From Isurus oxyrinchus (lineage: Eukaryota), in contig JANJGN010000010.1 of NCBI GenBank assembly GCA_026770705.1, forward strand, positions 158,720,001 to 158,784,000: a stretch of DNA of 64,000 nt. The letters run 5' to 3'. Below the pieces are notes generated by a model. That model had not been told where the DNA came from. It saw only the letters and a list, made by a program, of their open reading frames with translations, and ran no database searches. How positions within the stretch are numbered: the first letter of the stretch is position 1; each line of letters begins with the position of its first letter. This document shows, in pieces, positions 22,661 to 36,152 of this stretch. The translations under genes were made by a program, and so were the position numbers.

Positions 22661-24784
22661 ACTGAAATCTGTCCCTGCTGTCGCCAAAATTGCAACATCA
22701 GAACAGGGAAAGTATAACATTTCCAGTGGCTGTGAAGGTGATGGTGCTGGTGCTGAATAACTTTTTGCATCTGGCTCCTTCCAGGCTGGAGCTGGAGGTA
22801 TTCGCAACATCCAATTCCTCAAGATCCAATTGGTGTGTCCATAGGCGCTGAGTCATGTTGGTCAATGCCTGGGATCATAGCAGCAATCATAATACCTCAA
22901 TTCTATGGCAATCTATTGTACCAGCTGCATTTGAGCTTTGTGGCAAATCATTGGATGACTATTGGACATCAAGGACTAATCATTGAAGACATGACTGATG
23001 TCCCCCGGATGCAACCCACACACATGTACACATCATGCATACAATGAAAGCCATACTTCCAAATGAAATGTGATAGAGCAGAACATTGATGTGCTGAGGC
23101 AGTTCTTGCACTGCCTGGACCAATCTGGAGGAGCCCTGCAGTACTTGGTACAGTGGGTACCAAGGTTTATGGTGATCTGCTGTATGTAGCACAACCTTGT
23201 CATTAGCAGGGTACAGCCCTTGTCCCAGCTATATGGCGAGCAGTAAGGAACAGGAGCATGAAGGGGAGGAGCAGGAGGAGGTGGAAGAAGGCAACCTAGA
23301 CACACTTTTGTGCACAATTCCAATTTCCCATTCACTAACGGTCCCATTCCTTACATTTCTTCTGACACTGGCCACCACAGCTCGGTCACAATGCAAAAGC
23401 AAAAGCTACCACAAAATAAACAATCCATACCAAATTCATAGATGAAGACATGCCATGTACAAAAGTCAACTAATCACCTTGGTCCATTCCCTATATACCT
23501 TTTTGCCATGTGTCTTTGCATGTCGTGGTGCTCCTACTCGGTGTTACCCCAGTTCCTGCAGCCTGGCAAGTGGAAGGCTGCTGACTTTCAGTGGAGGAGA
23601 CTGCTGAATGCCTTGTAGGATGACATCAAGCAGCTGAGCCTCAGAGGCCTGGTTGTGAACTACATCATCTCAGCAGCAACCTGGGCTAGCTGGCTGACAG
23701 GCAACATCATGGCAATGGGGTGGGAGGGGTGAATGGACAAATGCCGTCTTCCTAAGAGAAGACAGCAGGTTTGTGCTACATGGAGCCACTCCCCCGCAAT
23801 GGGGCCTCAAGCAATCCTAGTAATCTGTTGGAGAACGGATTTCTGGACTGCTGGGAGGTCCCTTTGAACACTGTAACCCCTCGCCATGATGGCAGTTGTC
23901 TGAGCTTGCATGACTTCAGTTTCAGTTTCCATTGCAGCACTCAGCTGTCTGGTGGAAGCGGTTTGTGCTGCAATGGAGGCTGAGACATTAACCATCAGGC
24001 ATTGCACATGGTTAGGCCCATAGTTGTGCTGATGAACTTGGCCATTATTTCCACGCTGAAAAAGACTGGGCTGCAAACTCCTGTGTCAAATTGGTGCAGG
24101 ACTCTTTGATACTCCTTGACATTGATTGCAGACCCTCTGGCAGGCTTCTCAAAGCATTTTGTTATGCATACTCATCAGCATTCTCTGTAGGCTATCCCAT
24201 TCAAGTGTTCATCTGAATCCTTTGCTGCAGAACTCATGCCGTGACCTTGCCCTCCTGTGAGCTGGCATCTGTTTTATCCTTGTACCCTATTCTGGATGCA
24301 GCCCACTCATGCCCATTGTCTCACCACATGCAGATCCTGCCTGTATGCTATCCTTGAAATTATGTGCATTGTTAGTATCTGTGCTGGTAGCTGCAAGTGT
24401 GAAATCAAGTTATGGCTTGTCTTCATCATCAACATCTTCACTGCTGGGCCAGGTTGCACTACATGAGTATCTGAAAGGAGAAAGGGTAAGGTTGTGGTGC
24501 ATGGTGGGAAGGGAGAAGTAAGAGGTGCATGCTTACACTATCTGCAACTTGTAAATGAAAGGAGAGTGTGAGATGAGGGAGAGGTGGGACATGAGAGATA
24601 GGATTATGTACAAGAAAAAGAAGTATCAGGGAAGAGGAGTATCAAAAGAATAATAGAAAGCTGCAAAATTATTTGTGCCTCCTGCCATGCACCAGCTGTT
24701 GGACATCTCCAGGGATCTGCATGAGAACAGATAGTTGCCCAGCACTGAGGAGGGTGAAGACTTGAACTATGATTTGTAAGTTGT

Positions 24785-24918
24785 AAAAGCAAAATACTGC
24801 GGATGCTGGAAATCTGAAACAAAAACAAAAATAGCTGGAAAAACTCAGCCGGTCTGACAGCATCTGTGGAGAGGAAGATAGAGTTAACGTTTTGAGTCCG
24901 TATGACTCTTCATCAGAA
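24785..24918 (-). mobile_element. Penelope-like pLTR fragment with canonical CUGAUGA hammerhead box
   Basis: The minus strand reads GTT-CTGATGA-AGAGTC-ATACG-GACTC-AAAA-CGTTAACT. The GAAA box has decayed to AAAA. Confidence 0.75.
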
Positions 24919-25246
24919 CCTGTAAGTTGTCATGGTTGAATGGTTGCCAATGTGTGCATGCTGTGAAATCTGGGTGAGGGGCTTGCAGCAGTGCTGAGTA
25001 TGTGACGGTGTGGTGGAGCATATGAATATCAGGCATGAGTCCGGATGCATAGAGATTATTGGTAGGTGAGCGATGGAGAGTGAATTGATCAGTGTGTGAG
25101 GCTAGTGGTGCACTTTGTAGGATATGGCATTTGAAGAAGCGTTCACTGACCTGACCACTTGTGTGAGGCCATTGAACCTCACGCAGCACTGCATCCAGTT
25201 CCTTGTGCCATGACCCCTGTCACTGATCTCTATGGCTATCTCCCAC

Positions 25247-27088
25247 TGTAGTATTAGGGTGTTCAGGGCTGAAAGAGTTAATGTACTGCCCGCATGATGG
25301 TGTGAGAGAGAGATACATGACCAAGAGTCGAGAAGGAGAAAGCTTATGGCTTAGACTGAGTAACACCTGTAGTCTTGTATATCTGTATATAGTTATGTTC
25401 ATCCAATAAACCAGTTATTGATCAGACGTATCTATGTCTCTGCAAACATTCCTTAGCCTGTCACAACCAACAAACAACATGGTGGCAGCTGTGAACAAAA
25501 TCTCTAAAAAAAAAATCAACTTTAAATAAGTTTGTAAGAGTGACCTGAGAAAAGGTGCCAAAACTGAAGACTTCGGTAAGACAGTTTAAAAATCTCCAAA
25601 AGAGCTCCATGGAAGACATGGAGGCAGAAAAAAAAAAATCAACTGTTCGGTTTACCAAAGGTGACACTGCAGCACATGTTGATCTGTGGAAAAACCCCAA
25701 TCCAACAGCAGAGCCAAAGAACCTAGTGACAATTGAGAAAGGGTGAGCAAACCCTGAAAAAGACACAAAATACTCAAATTAATGGCACCGTAAGCAGGCA
25801 TCACTGGGAAAAGTCCATTTTTAGCAAGTATGGGTTTCGATACACCCCGCAGTCTGGATCCGAGAATGGCACTGTTACACATGGCGACCGCGAGGCAGCA
25901 ATGGGAATAAAATAAAATAAAAACGGAAATAAAAAATTTCAGCTGCTTAAGCATGATTTTCCAATGTCAGGAAAGCAGTTAACAAAACTTAACTGTAACT
26001 TCAGCGATGATTTCAAAAATTCTGTGAAGTTTAGGAATAATTACCAAAAAAATGTTGAGTGACTACAGAGGGTATCAGTGAAAGGCTGATCAGCATAGGA
26101 AACTTCACCATCACAACAGAAGTTTAAAAAATCAACGCAAACCTTCTAAAAAAGCTTTAAAAAGCTATGGATTCCAAATTCACCTTGCCTGACTGTTTAG
26201 GGCACATTGAAGGGCCAGACCAAACACAGAATTGGGCACTATGGAAGAAAACATTTTTAAGATTCAGAATTGCATCTGGATTGAACATCTGGATTGAGGC
26301 TAAGCAAGTCAATACATTATTGTATGCTATTGGAGCAATTGCTGGTGACATTATAGCAAGACATTTTGGCAATGAAACATCAGACAAATTCGAAGAAGTC
26401 TTAAAAGCCTTTGATAATTGTTTTTATTTACAGAGTAACATGATATTAGCAAGAGCCAAGTTCAGCAAAAGAATCCAGAAACCAGGTGAACCAGTAGATA
26501 CCTTTATCAATGACCTGTATCAACTGGCTGAAGGTTGCAAATATGGTGATCTTAAAACTGAGCTAATCTGAGACCCCATCATAGTTGGTGGCAGTGATGA
26601 CCCCCCATCTGACCTATGCAATCCAAAGAAGACTTAACTTTGGAGAAGGCGATACAGTTGGTGAGACAAATGGAGGTTCATAAATAAAATAGAGACGTAC
26701 TAAGAGAAGGCAAACTGTGGATCAAAAAAGCCCCAATGACAGTGCAACTTATTAAATAAAAGAATGTCACCGGCACTCCAGGGGAAAAGACACCTTATGA
26801 TACAAAAGCTCTAGATGCTGCTAAATCATGCCAGCACTGTGACGTTAAAAAGCCCACAGGCGTGAACAGTGTCCTGCAAGCACTGCAAAATGCTTACATT
26901 GTAGAAGGTTTGGATTCTTTGAAAAGGTGTGCAGAACGAAAATCTCTAGATACACGGAAGATAACAAGAGAATCTTCGCACACAAGGCCATTAATGAAAG
27001 AGAGGAATAACAATGTTTACCAATTATTGTTCAGACATATCTATGTCTCTGCAATCATTCCTTAGCCAGTCACAACCAGTGTACAACA
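25247..27088 (+). mobile_element. Internally deleted Ty3/Gypsy LTR retrotransposon (5' LTR, PBS, gag, partial 3' LTR)
   Basis: 5' LTR TG...CA at 25247-25479 and PBS TGGTGGCAGC at 25480-25489. Gag-like ORF at 26167-26571 with decayed zinc knuckles at ~26825-26935. The LTR 3' end is repeated at ~27020-27088. 5-bp TSD CCCAC at 25242-25246 and 27089-27093. Confidence 0.9.
26167..26571 (+). pseudogene. Gypsy gag remnant
   Basis: NWALWKKTFLRFRIASGL...QVNTLLYAIG...RAKFSKRIQKPGEPVDTFINDLYQLAEGCKYG is typical of Gypsy Gag. It ends in a premature stop. Confidence 0.85.
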
Positions 27089-29374
27089 CCCACTGCCTTC
27101 TGATCACATATATGGAGGGCCTCCTGGACCCAGTGGATACAGGACATCTTTTCCGCTTTCCACCCCCTCCACCAAGGTCTCTAGAGCAGCATTTAAGAAC
27201 CTTGGAGCTCACTTTCCCCCATGTTGTGCAATTCTTCACTGTTTCACAGGCTGGATTCACACTGCACAACTGCCAGCACCTGCAGCCACAGTACACCTCT
27301 CTTTTAAGAATTATAGGCTAACTTTTACTGATACTGGCCACTCACAGTATTAGCTCCCTGCTCAGGCATCCAACCATCTAACAGCACGGTTAGCACTGGC
27401 TGGATGCTAAAATTGTTTGAAAAAGCAGGCAGCATGAGGCACTTCCTGCACTGTAGTCAATGGGAGCAATTTAATCGTGCACAGCAATTCCCTGCTTTTG
27501 GGGTTATTGAATTTCACCCCCATTATCTTCTAATCAGTGATGAAAAATGGAAAATAAGACAAAGGCATAACAAAAATATGCTTCTTAGCAGCATATTAAA
27601 TAACATGAAAAATGAGCAAGGTGTCTTGGCAGAAAATCATCCTACCCTTAAGAAATAAATGGTGCTCCTGACTGAAATGTAGTTGGCTGGTACCAGGGTC
27701 ACATGGGTTATTCACCAAATTTCCCTCAGTCAATATTGAAAGGATATTCAGTCTTATCATTAGGTGGTGATTTGCAATTACATTAAATAAAATTACAATA
27801 CATCTTAAATTGCAACTGCTAATCTTGATTAAAGCACTTCTATGGAGAAACGTCGGAGAAATGATAAAATGTATGTATTTTGGTGTGACGTCACATTGGT
27901 AAGGTAATACTGCAAAGTTGCTTTGATTGATTTCATTTCTTTAAAAGATTGAACTCTTCTCTTAATGGTGATTTTCTTGGTGGAGTTTGACTCAATACCT
28001 CACTCATGTACAAACCCAAACTGTGAGTAAAGCTATTCAACCTACCGGAGATGTCAGAGTCAAACTCAACCCTGTCCTCACCTGATCAACAGACATTTTG
28101 TATTGGAGTCACTGGACGCCAATTGGGACTGGCAGCCCTGATCTTCACCACAATAATTTTGGGAACAATCATAGCACCCTTGGCTAATCTTAGGCCTTTC
28201 TTATTTTGCCTGGTCAGTACTACCCATAGTGGTAATTTCAGCCACAAAACCCTCAGGGGAGTCAATGTTTAAAATAAATCACAACCACAAGAGCTCTGCA
28301 GGGAATCTTTGTGAAAAAAAACAAGCACAGTAAATAACGTTGCATAGACAGATGTGTTTGGAAATCAGCTTACTCCCTTGGACCTGCCCCAGCTGAGTGC
28401 CTGACACATGCTGAATTCAATTGAACACTTTGGCCCTGTGCCCATTCCAATAGGTAGAGGATTCACAACAGTGTGGAAGTAACATTAGATTGAACAACTC
28501 ACTCACAATCAAGTTATTGAGGTCTAAATCTTAAGTGAAATATAAAAATACAGCTACTAAAGAAAATTAGGCACTCAAAGGGTTAATAATTTTACTGGTC
28601 TCTATGTAACTGACATAATTCAAAATACTGGGATTAAGCTGTTTCTGAGAGAAAGAAAGAAAGTCACTTGCACTTTTTATAAAACTGATTTTTTAAATAT
28701 TGTATCTGTGAAAATGTGCAACTTTGAGTATTAATAAGGCAATGTTTTGGCCTTCAGTCAATCTTCTTTCTTTGCATTTGTGATGGTAAAATTGCTGTTG
28801 TTATATGGCTGCTGTGGAATCATAATAAACATCAGTAACTATTTCAGGTACCAGCATATCTGTAAGTCGGGCTATGGGAGATCTGCAAATTATTTTGATA
28901 ATTCAGACTTAAGATATTAAACAGCACATTGTTGCTGAATAAATGAAAGGTTGTTTTATTAACTATTTAAATCGAAGAATATTAGTGGAGATAGTGTTTA
29001 GATTTACCAGAAACAGGTGTTAAACTCAGATGTTAAATGGTATTATTGCCATCATTTCAATTTAGTCATTGCAGTTTTAATGTAAAATTCTAGAAAAGTT
29101 CATAGAACAACATCTTGAGCTTCCCCATGCTAAAGACATTTTGGTAAATAAAGTAGAAATATAACTTTGCCAGTACTGTCCACTTCTTGAGAATTAAAAA
29201 AAACTAACATTGCTATCAGGTATGAATTTCTTAATTTTCAGATAATATTTTGAATGTTCACAATGGACTCATGAATGTAATAAAAGAGTGATTTTAGCAA
29301 ACTCTCTTTTAAATAACATTTCTTACATGAATTGAATGCATTTAAACAAAAAGCTGCCTAAAACTCTTTGACTT

Positions 29375-29840
29375 ACGTTGTTACCCCAGTGTGTAGCTGA
29401 GCTATGCAAACCAGAAGGTCCCTGGTTTGATTCCTGATTTGCATTGAGTTAGCTGAGCTCAATCACATGGATCTATTATTCATGTGTGAACCGAGACAGT
29501 GAGCGTTAGCAGGTTATTTAAACATGAGGTCAAAATTTGAATCTGATCCTATACTTATCCAACATCCACACATGCACTTCTAGTAAGGTTCACTGGATAA
29601 CAATTAGGAGTAGAAACCCTAGCTGATTTTGACCAATCTATAACCCAATTAGTGAGATTAATTGCAGTATCCATATCAAACCTTGGCCAAGATCATTAAC
29701 TCAGTACAGGCATGGGATTGCTACTCACTGGAAAACCTTTTAGGTAAGGGAAACATTAGCAGGATCCCCATTCCTAATTGCTGCGCATGAACTCTTGTTG
29801 TAGAATTGGTCTGTTAGGTTGGATATAATGATTGCTGCAG
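29375..29840 (+). mobile_element. Ancient tRNA-derived SINE-like repeat
   Basis: B-box-like GGTTTGATTCC followed by GAGTTAGCTGAGCTC. Related motifs appear near 4130-4270(-), 51200-51360 and 54360-54500. Confidence 0.45.
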
Positions 29841-32184
29841 AAGTGCCAGGAATCAGACAAATATTTATAGATCTGCAGCTCACCTGCTTCCAATCTTGCA
29901 ATCTTTTCTGGTGGGACTTACTGGCCAGGATTTTGTCAACAGTGTGCCATTGCTCATATTGTAATTAGAATTATGTGCCTCTTACGCTCTCTTTTTTCCA
30001 TTTTCCCATGTGATTACAATTACGTTTTGAAGTGCTGGTGATGTGCATGGAAAATACATGTGATTCAGCAGAGGGGGGAAGCTTTTCATGGTCAGCTGAT
30101 GGTGGGATTCACCAATATAGCAGATTAAGATGGGCTATAAAAGAGCCTCCTGGTCGAACAGGGAGGATTTGCATCACAGCCACAATCCTCCTGTCCAACT
30201 GCACTGCCATTAACAGAAGACTAGAGCACAAAGTTGTTTTTCAAATTTAAAATTCATTTGAAAATATTTCACATTGTATTGGTTTCACTTTATTCATGTA
30301 TGTATCATCATTATTTGTTGAGACTAGCTTAGTCAGAGCATTAAATGGACTGGCACACCTCATGGTTGATGGTTAGAGTGGAGTTAGGAACATGTCCTTT
30401 ATTGTGGAAGAAACAATGGTGTGTTTCTTTTGTTCACTCTTTATTGAAAGTTCATGTTAGTGTCCGGTGTTGTACTGGCCACTCTGTCAGACATGGCTGA
30501 AGTTACAGGTTCAACTGGCCCACCCTTCTATGCATTGTGAAGAACATTGTCCTCAATCACTCTCAGCGGGGATAACTGAAATGTTGTAGGTGAACTCAAA
30601 CTCTGCAAGAACTCTATCAGCCAACAACCTGAGATGGGCACACATTTTCTTTCCTTGACTGACTGTCCTCAACACACACTGCACAACAGCCAAGACACCA
30701 GGCTGTTCCCACTTCACTCCTCCATGCCCCATCCCACCCTCTGTTCGGTCCTAGATTCCTCTTCCACTCCCCCATGCTCCTGACCCAACTCCACAATCCC
30801 TCTCATCACTGATTCACCCTTACCAGTCCCAAGCCTCCATGCAATCTGCCATTCTCCCTCTCCCCTCCCTTGTGCTGTAGAATTAAACAAGGAAGACCAC
30901 TGACCTTACATACAGCTGTACAAAGCTGACACTCGTGTGCCACTGACTTTATCCCAAGAGTAGGACTTTATTAAAAACTGTTTCATCCTAATATATGTTC
31001 ATAGCATGCAGACGTATTATGAGTATGAACCAACCACAGGTGGGCATAATACCAAACATGCTGTAAACCTGCCACTGACTTTATCGCCGCATTTCAGCCC
31101 ACCATTGGGAAATCGAAATTTCGCATCCTGCCTCATTAAATCACCCGGCCTGCCAAGTTTCCCACTGATGTGGGCTCCATAAAATCCTCCCTCTGTGTGA
31201 ACTTTTGCAGGAATGATCCGAGAGGCTAAGTAAGGGGACAAATCTTATCTAAATTTCTTTCTATAGCTATCATGGATGAGTTCCTGTCCTTTCCACCAGG
31301 AACGTACTGACAGGGTCATGAGTCCATATAAAATCCACATTGGAACAAAGGCATATTCTGACCTTTGAGTATTGTATTATTGAAGAAGCATTAACATTTT
31401 TTTGCTGATGCATTAGGAGTCGTTTGCTCTAGGGCTTTCTAGAGCCCTTTCAAAAAAAAATTGATCAATTGTGTTCATTGTTTTTGTGTTTTCTAATGGC
31501 ATTTTCAGTAATCCTCCACCCCACCCCTTTTGTCATAAGCCTGTTATTGCCATCTCCGAGATGAGAACTATATTTTAGAATTCCTTTGTCACTCTGAGAT
31601 TTTGATGAGGAAGAGAAGTATCAAAGGAAGGAGATCAAACCTCATCTGTGCCTCATGCCTTAGACCAGATGTTAGTCATCTCCAGGGACATGCATGAGAA
31701 CAGATGGTTGCCTCGCACTGAGGAGGGTGAAGATCTAAATTAGGGTTTACCCTCTGACTACCTCATGTATATTGGAGCCCAAAGTGTCAAAAGCTGTGAT
31801 TGATTCAGGAAAGAAACTTGACTGCTTGTCCCTGGCTATGGAGTTGTTTGTGCTCCATGGTGACCTTGGAAAAACCATCAAAAAACACACCACAGATGTC
31901 ACTAGTAGACTTTGTCACCTTGCAAGCAGTTTTGAACATTATCATATGACTTGAAACTTTGGTGTTCAGCCAACAGCCTCACTATTTATACAGATCTAGA
32001 ACAGTGCCAAATCCTGGCCTCAGCAACAAAGGAACAGCTTAAGCTTTTCCTCTGGTCACTTGGTTCCAGTTGCTCCTCCAGATGAACCTAATATTCTCTT
32101 CTCAACTGGGGATGATAAATCCTCCAGGGTGAATGTAAACGTGCTGTTGCCTGCATCTGATGGAATGAATGAGACCTTCTCATA

Positions 32185-32600
32185 TATATTGCCTTTCATG
32201 ACCTCAGGATGTCCCAAAGTGCTTTATAGTTAACATGGTAGCCAGTTTGTACACATCAAGCCCCCATAAACAGCAATATGATATTTGATCAGACATAATC
32301 TGTTCTTTTTGGTGATATTGTTCAAAGAGTAAATATTGATGAAGGGATAATTTCCCTGCTGTTTCAACATAATGCCATGGGGTCTTTTGCATCCACCTGA
32401 GAGAGCAGATGGGGCTGTAGGCAGGGCCTCGGTTTAATGTCTCATCTGTAAGATGGCACCTCCAACATTGTAGCAATCCCTCAGTACTGTAATGGAGTGT
32501 CAGCCTGGATTATGTGCTCAAGTCTCTGGAGGGGTGTGTGAACACATGGCCTTCTAATTCAGAGGCAACAGTGTTTTTCATTGAGCTGTAGCTTACAGTT
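32185..32600 (-). mobile_element. Deu-domain SINE (SacSINE1/AmnSINE-like) with L2-type tail
   Basis: The minus strand reads CTGAGGGATTGCTACAATGTTGGAGGTGCCATCTTACAGATGAGACATTAAACCGAGGCCC, which resembles the Deu core. Confidence 0.75.
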
Positions 32601-33774
32601 GGATGCTGCTGTCAGGTACTAGTTTGTTTGCTGACACCAGAGCTGACACTTTATTTTCAGAAAAGGTAAAGAAGCACTGTGAAAGAAGGGAATCTGTTCC
32701 AACAGAGGGGACATGTTGATATGCTTTGTGACATGTAGTTGATGAACAATCTATGTCTCTGTTGGTGAATGGCTAGTAGGAGGAAAAGAAGAAAAGGGTG
32801 CTATTAGTCGTGAGTTTTGCAATAGCTTCCAACACATTTATGTCCTTTCTGATTATGGTCTTTTAGCCAAAGATTTGTGGAGGCAAATGTTAAAACTTGT
32901 TCCTGTCTATTATGTGCAAACTTTTCACATAAGCAGTTACAAAACTTGCGGGTGTTATGATTTGAAAGACCAGTACCCAACCTATATGGCACCTTCTGAG
33001 AATGCATGCAAAAATAGCATGAAAGTATCCTCAGGTGGCAATGTGCTTTGTGACTGCAACGACCAAGATTTATGTGATATTAGAAATTCATTCCAGTGCC
33101 ACCAATTCTCCAGGACAGCATCCTCAAATGGGACAATCTTTGCCGCCTCTTGTCCCCATCCTTCTACCACTTCAGAAATTGAGTGATTTGCTCATCCATA
33201 CAGGTAAGAAAATACACCAGTGGTGACGGCCACGTTTTTTCTCACCTACTATTCTACATACCACTACAAATGACCTTCAAAATATATCTGTGCATTAGTA
33301 ATAATCTTATGTAAGACATCCAATTCTGTCCATGCACCTTACTTCCTCTTGTCAGCATTTTTAGTTGTTTTACTCGCATTTGCAATTGCAACGTAAACAT
33401 TTTTCATCCCGTTTTACTGTCACAGCGTAGGTTCAGGATCTGGTCACTAGATAGCTCTTGGGAGTGAGTTATTGAAATCTCTCGCATCTTTGTTGCCATC
33501 TTGTCTGTAAAAACCTTAAATTTAAGAACTGACTGTGGGCCACACCACCGACAATTTAACAGATTATGTAAAACATACAACATTAAAGAATTCCAAAATA
33601 ATAAATGCATAACTTACAAATACAGTTACCCACAACATTTTACCAAACCTTCAGGAAACTTTCATCTTCAAAGTCTTCCATTTCTAAGCAGCCTTGACTT
33701 TGTCTTCTGCTCTGTTTTAGGAGAGCTTTATTGTTACACTGCTATGCTAATTCTCTGCTACAATTTTTGTTTTA

Positions 33775-34390
33775 TTCATCGATGGGATATGGAATCGCTG
33801 GATAGGCCAGCATTTATTGCCCATCCCTATAGTTGCCCTTGAGATGGTGGTGATGAGCTGCCTTCTTGAACCGTTGCAGTCCATGTGGTGTAGGTACACC
33901 CACAGTGCTATTTGGGAGGGAGTTCCAGGATCTTTACCCAGCAACTGTGAAAGAACGGTGATATATTTCCAAGCCAGGATGGTGAATGGCTTGGAGGGGA
34001 ACTTCCAGGTGGTGGTGTTCCCATGTGTCTGCTGCTCGTGTCCTTCTAGATCATAGCAGTCGTGGGTTTGGAAGGTGCTGCCTAAGGAGCCTTGGTGAGT
34101 TTCTGCAGTGCATCTTGTAGATGGTACACACTACTGCCACTGTGTGTCAGCGATGGAGGGAGTGAGTGTTTGTGGATAGGGTGCCAATCAAGCGGGCTGC
34201 TCTGTCCTGGACGGTGTCAAGCTCCTTGAGTGTTGTTGGAGCTGTACTCATCTATGCAATTGGAGAGTATTCCATCACACTCCTGACTTGTGCCTTGTAG
34301 ATGATGGATAGGCTTTGGGGAGTCAGGTGGTGAGTTACTTGTCACAGGATTTTTAGCCTCTGACCTGCTCCTGTAGCCACAGGATTTATG
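33775..34390 (-). mobile_element. 3' fragment of a CR1-group LINE that shares its tail with a local SINE family
   Basis: The minus strand encodes a degraded VTHHLTPQSLSIIYKAQVRSVMEYSP-like RT C-terminus. The tail GGGATGGGCAATAAATGCTGGCC recurs at ~41020, 45340, 52320, 54840 and 61910. Confidence 0.8.
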
Positions 34391-34970
34391 ATCTCTGTGC
34401 AAGCATTATTTTCCTATATAAGCCTCTGGGTTTCTCCTTCTACAACCTTTTCTTGCAGACTGCTTCCCTGCTGATGTTGGGGGTTTTCACAATCCTCACT
34501 TATGATAAACATTGCAACAGGAGATCCACTAGATTTGCCAGATGTATTCACTACAACTAAAAAGACCCATAAACAACTTGTTTTCTCTTATTTTGCAGAT
34601 TGAGATGCAATGTAATATAGGTAATGTACAATGGTTTTATATACTCACATTGTTTGGATTTCTTAAACCACAAGAGCAAAGCTGGAAGCATCTCTCGCAG
34701 ACTTCAAATACATAAAGTATATTACAGCCTTGGACAGACTCCCAAAGATTGCTTTTTGAATTAGATATAAAATTTAACTTTTAAAAACCTTTTGAAGCTT
34801 TCCAGTTGAAGTTTGTATTTCACATTCCTGTCAACCATGACAATTATGGATGGTAAGCTGTTCAGTGGAGCTCTGTTATGTGAAGAGTGATTTACAATGC
34901 AGTGACACCAAACGAAGGTTAAAATAGGGTCAGCTATCAAAAGAGATCTCACTAAGAGTTCTGCACCCTG

Positions 34971-35687
34971 GGCTGAATTTCACTGGCCCCAGGGTGGTGG
35001 TCTTTGAGGTTGGGGGAGGGGTGGTGCTAGGAAAAATTGGGGAGCCATAAGCCATGTGGGACAGGCCCCCAAGGCAGTCCCGCCACCAGGGAAGTTTCCT
35101 GGGGTAGCCTAGGAAACAGGTCAGCTGTCTGTACCAAAGAGGGCGGGCAGCCAATTTGTACATTTAAGTCGCCAATGGGGGCAATTTGCACCCTCACTGG
35201 CATTGTACTGGTGGAGAAGTGGCCTTCTGCGGCATGTGGAAGCTGCCAGCTTAATGGAGGCAGCCTCCCCGTGGCAATTTGGGGGATCTTTGAAGCTCCG
35301 CCACGCTCCAAAGATGGGGTTGTGGGCACGAAAGGCAGCGGCCCCAACGATGCATCCCGTGGGGTTTTCCCTCCACCCCGAGAGGCATACTGGCTTGGCC
35401 CTCTGATTAATTCATTTAACTTTGTCCCCGCTGAGGGTGCCTCCATTATGCGTTGCCCTCGAGGTCGACCCGCCTACAGCAGCGCCCACCTCTCATAGTG
35501 GAGCTACCGGCCCTCTGATAGTGCCGGCTGCATTAGGAGCCTGCCCGCCAAGCTTAACAAGTTGGTGAGCGCAAAGGTGGCCAAATCAGGAGGCTGCCTC
35601 TGGGAAAGTCACCAAGTTGGTCTCGCTGCTAGCCAGTGTGGGCTCTGGACCCCTGTTTAGTCTCAAATTCCACAGTAAAATGCAGCC
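34971..35687. mobile_element. Harbinger-type MITE
   Basis: TIRs GGCTGAATTTCACTG / CAGTAAAATGCAGCC match at 13/15 positions, with a GC-rich interior. Confidence 0.75.
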
Positions 35688-36037
35688 ATCTGTTTCACAG
35701 AGGTGGCATTTATCACAATGAATAAAAAGTGGGCTCATGTAGGAAAGTGCACATTTCTTTTAGAAACAAATCTAAGAAAAATACATTTATAAATGCCTGT
35801 GTCAGTGAAACCCTGACAGAAATAAAACCCCCTGTACACTGCCGAATTGTGAACAACAACGGCAAACAGGATATTGCTCTGCCTGGAATAATTCTGAGAA
35901 ACATCACCTCAAAAATGATGCAGTAGGGGCATCATTCGAAAAGGAATTCTCTTTCTTTCCTGCTCCCTTAAAGGCTTAAAGGGTCAATACTCCATTTACA
36001 GCAGCAATAGTAAAATATTGGGGGGGGGTGGGGTGGT

Positions 36038-36152
36038 GGTGGAATTTTACACACCTGCCGCAGTGAGGATGAGGCTGTAAAATGCAGTGAGCCGTTCAAA
36101 TGTCCATTGACTTTGGTGGGACCATAAAATCCCGTTGGTGTAAAATTCCACC
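36038..36152. mobile_element. Small Harbinger-type MITE (~115 bp)
   Basis: Perfect TIR GGTGGAATTTTACA / TGTAAAATTCCACC. Confidence 0.75.

Larger units (their letters stand above)
21603..27521. mobile_element. Decayed PIF/Harbinger DNA transposon (transposase on +, Myb/SANT gene on -) with nested insertions
   Basis: Plus-strand remnants FASGSFQ (~22764) and CLDQSGGALQY (23112-23144). Minus-strand remnants resemble RAPRF.NAALETLVEGVE (~27150-27215) and WEIA...RNWMQCCVRFNGL (~25160-25246). Imperfect TIRs GGTGTGGAATT / AATTTCACCCC; the boundaries are less certain than the internal motifs. Confidence 0.75.

Noticed and set aside
21905-22822. Repeated identical peptides in several ORFs (NKNRITWKNSAGLAAS..., FCRRVMRTRNVNSF...)
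   Set aside because: These are artefacts of the PLE pLTR palindrome and its copies, not genes or a CRISPR-like array.
35027-35498. ORFs of 139 and 153 aa on opposite strands
   Set aside because: They fall inside a GC-rich MITE with TIRs and show no protein motifs.
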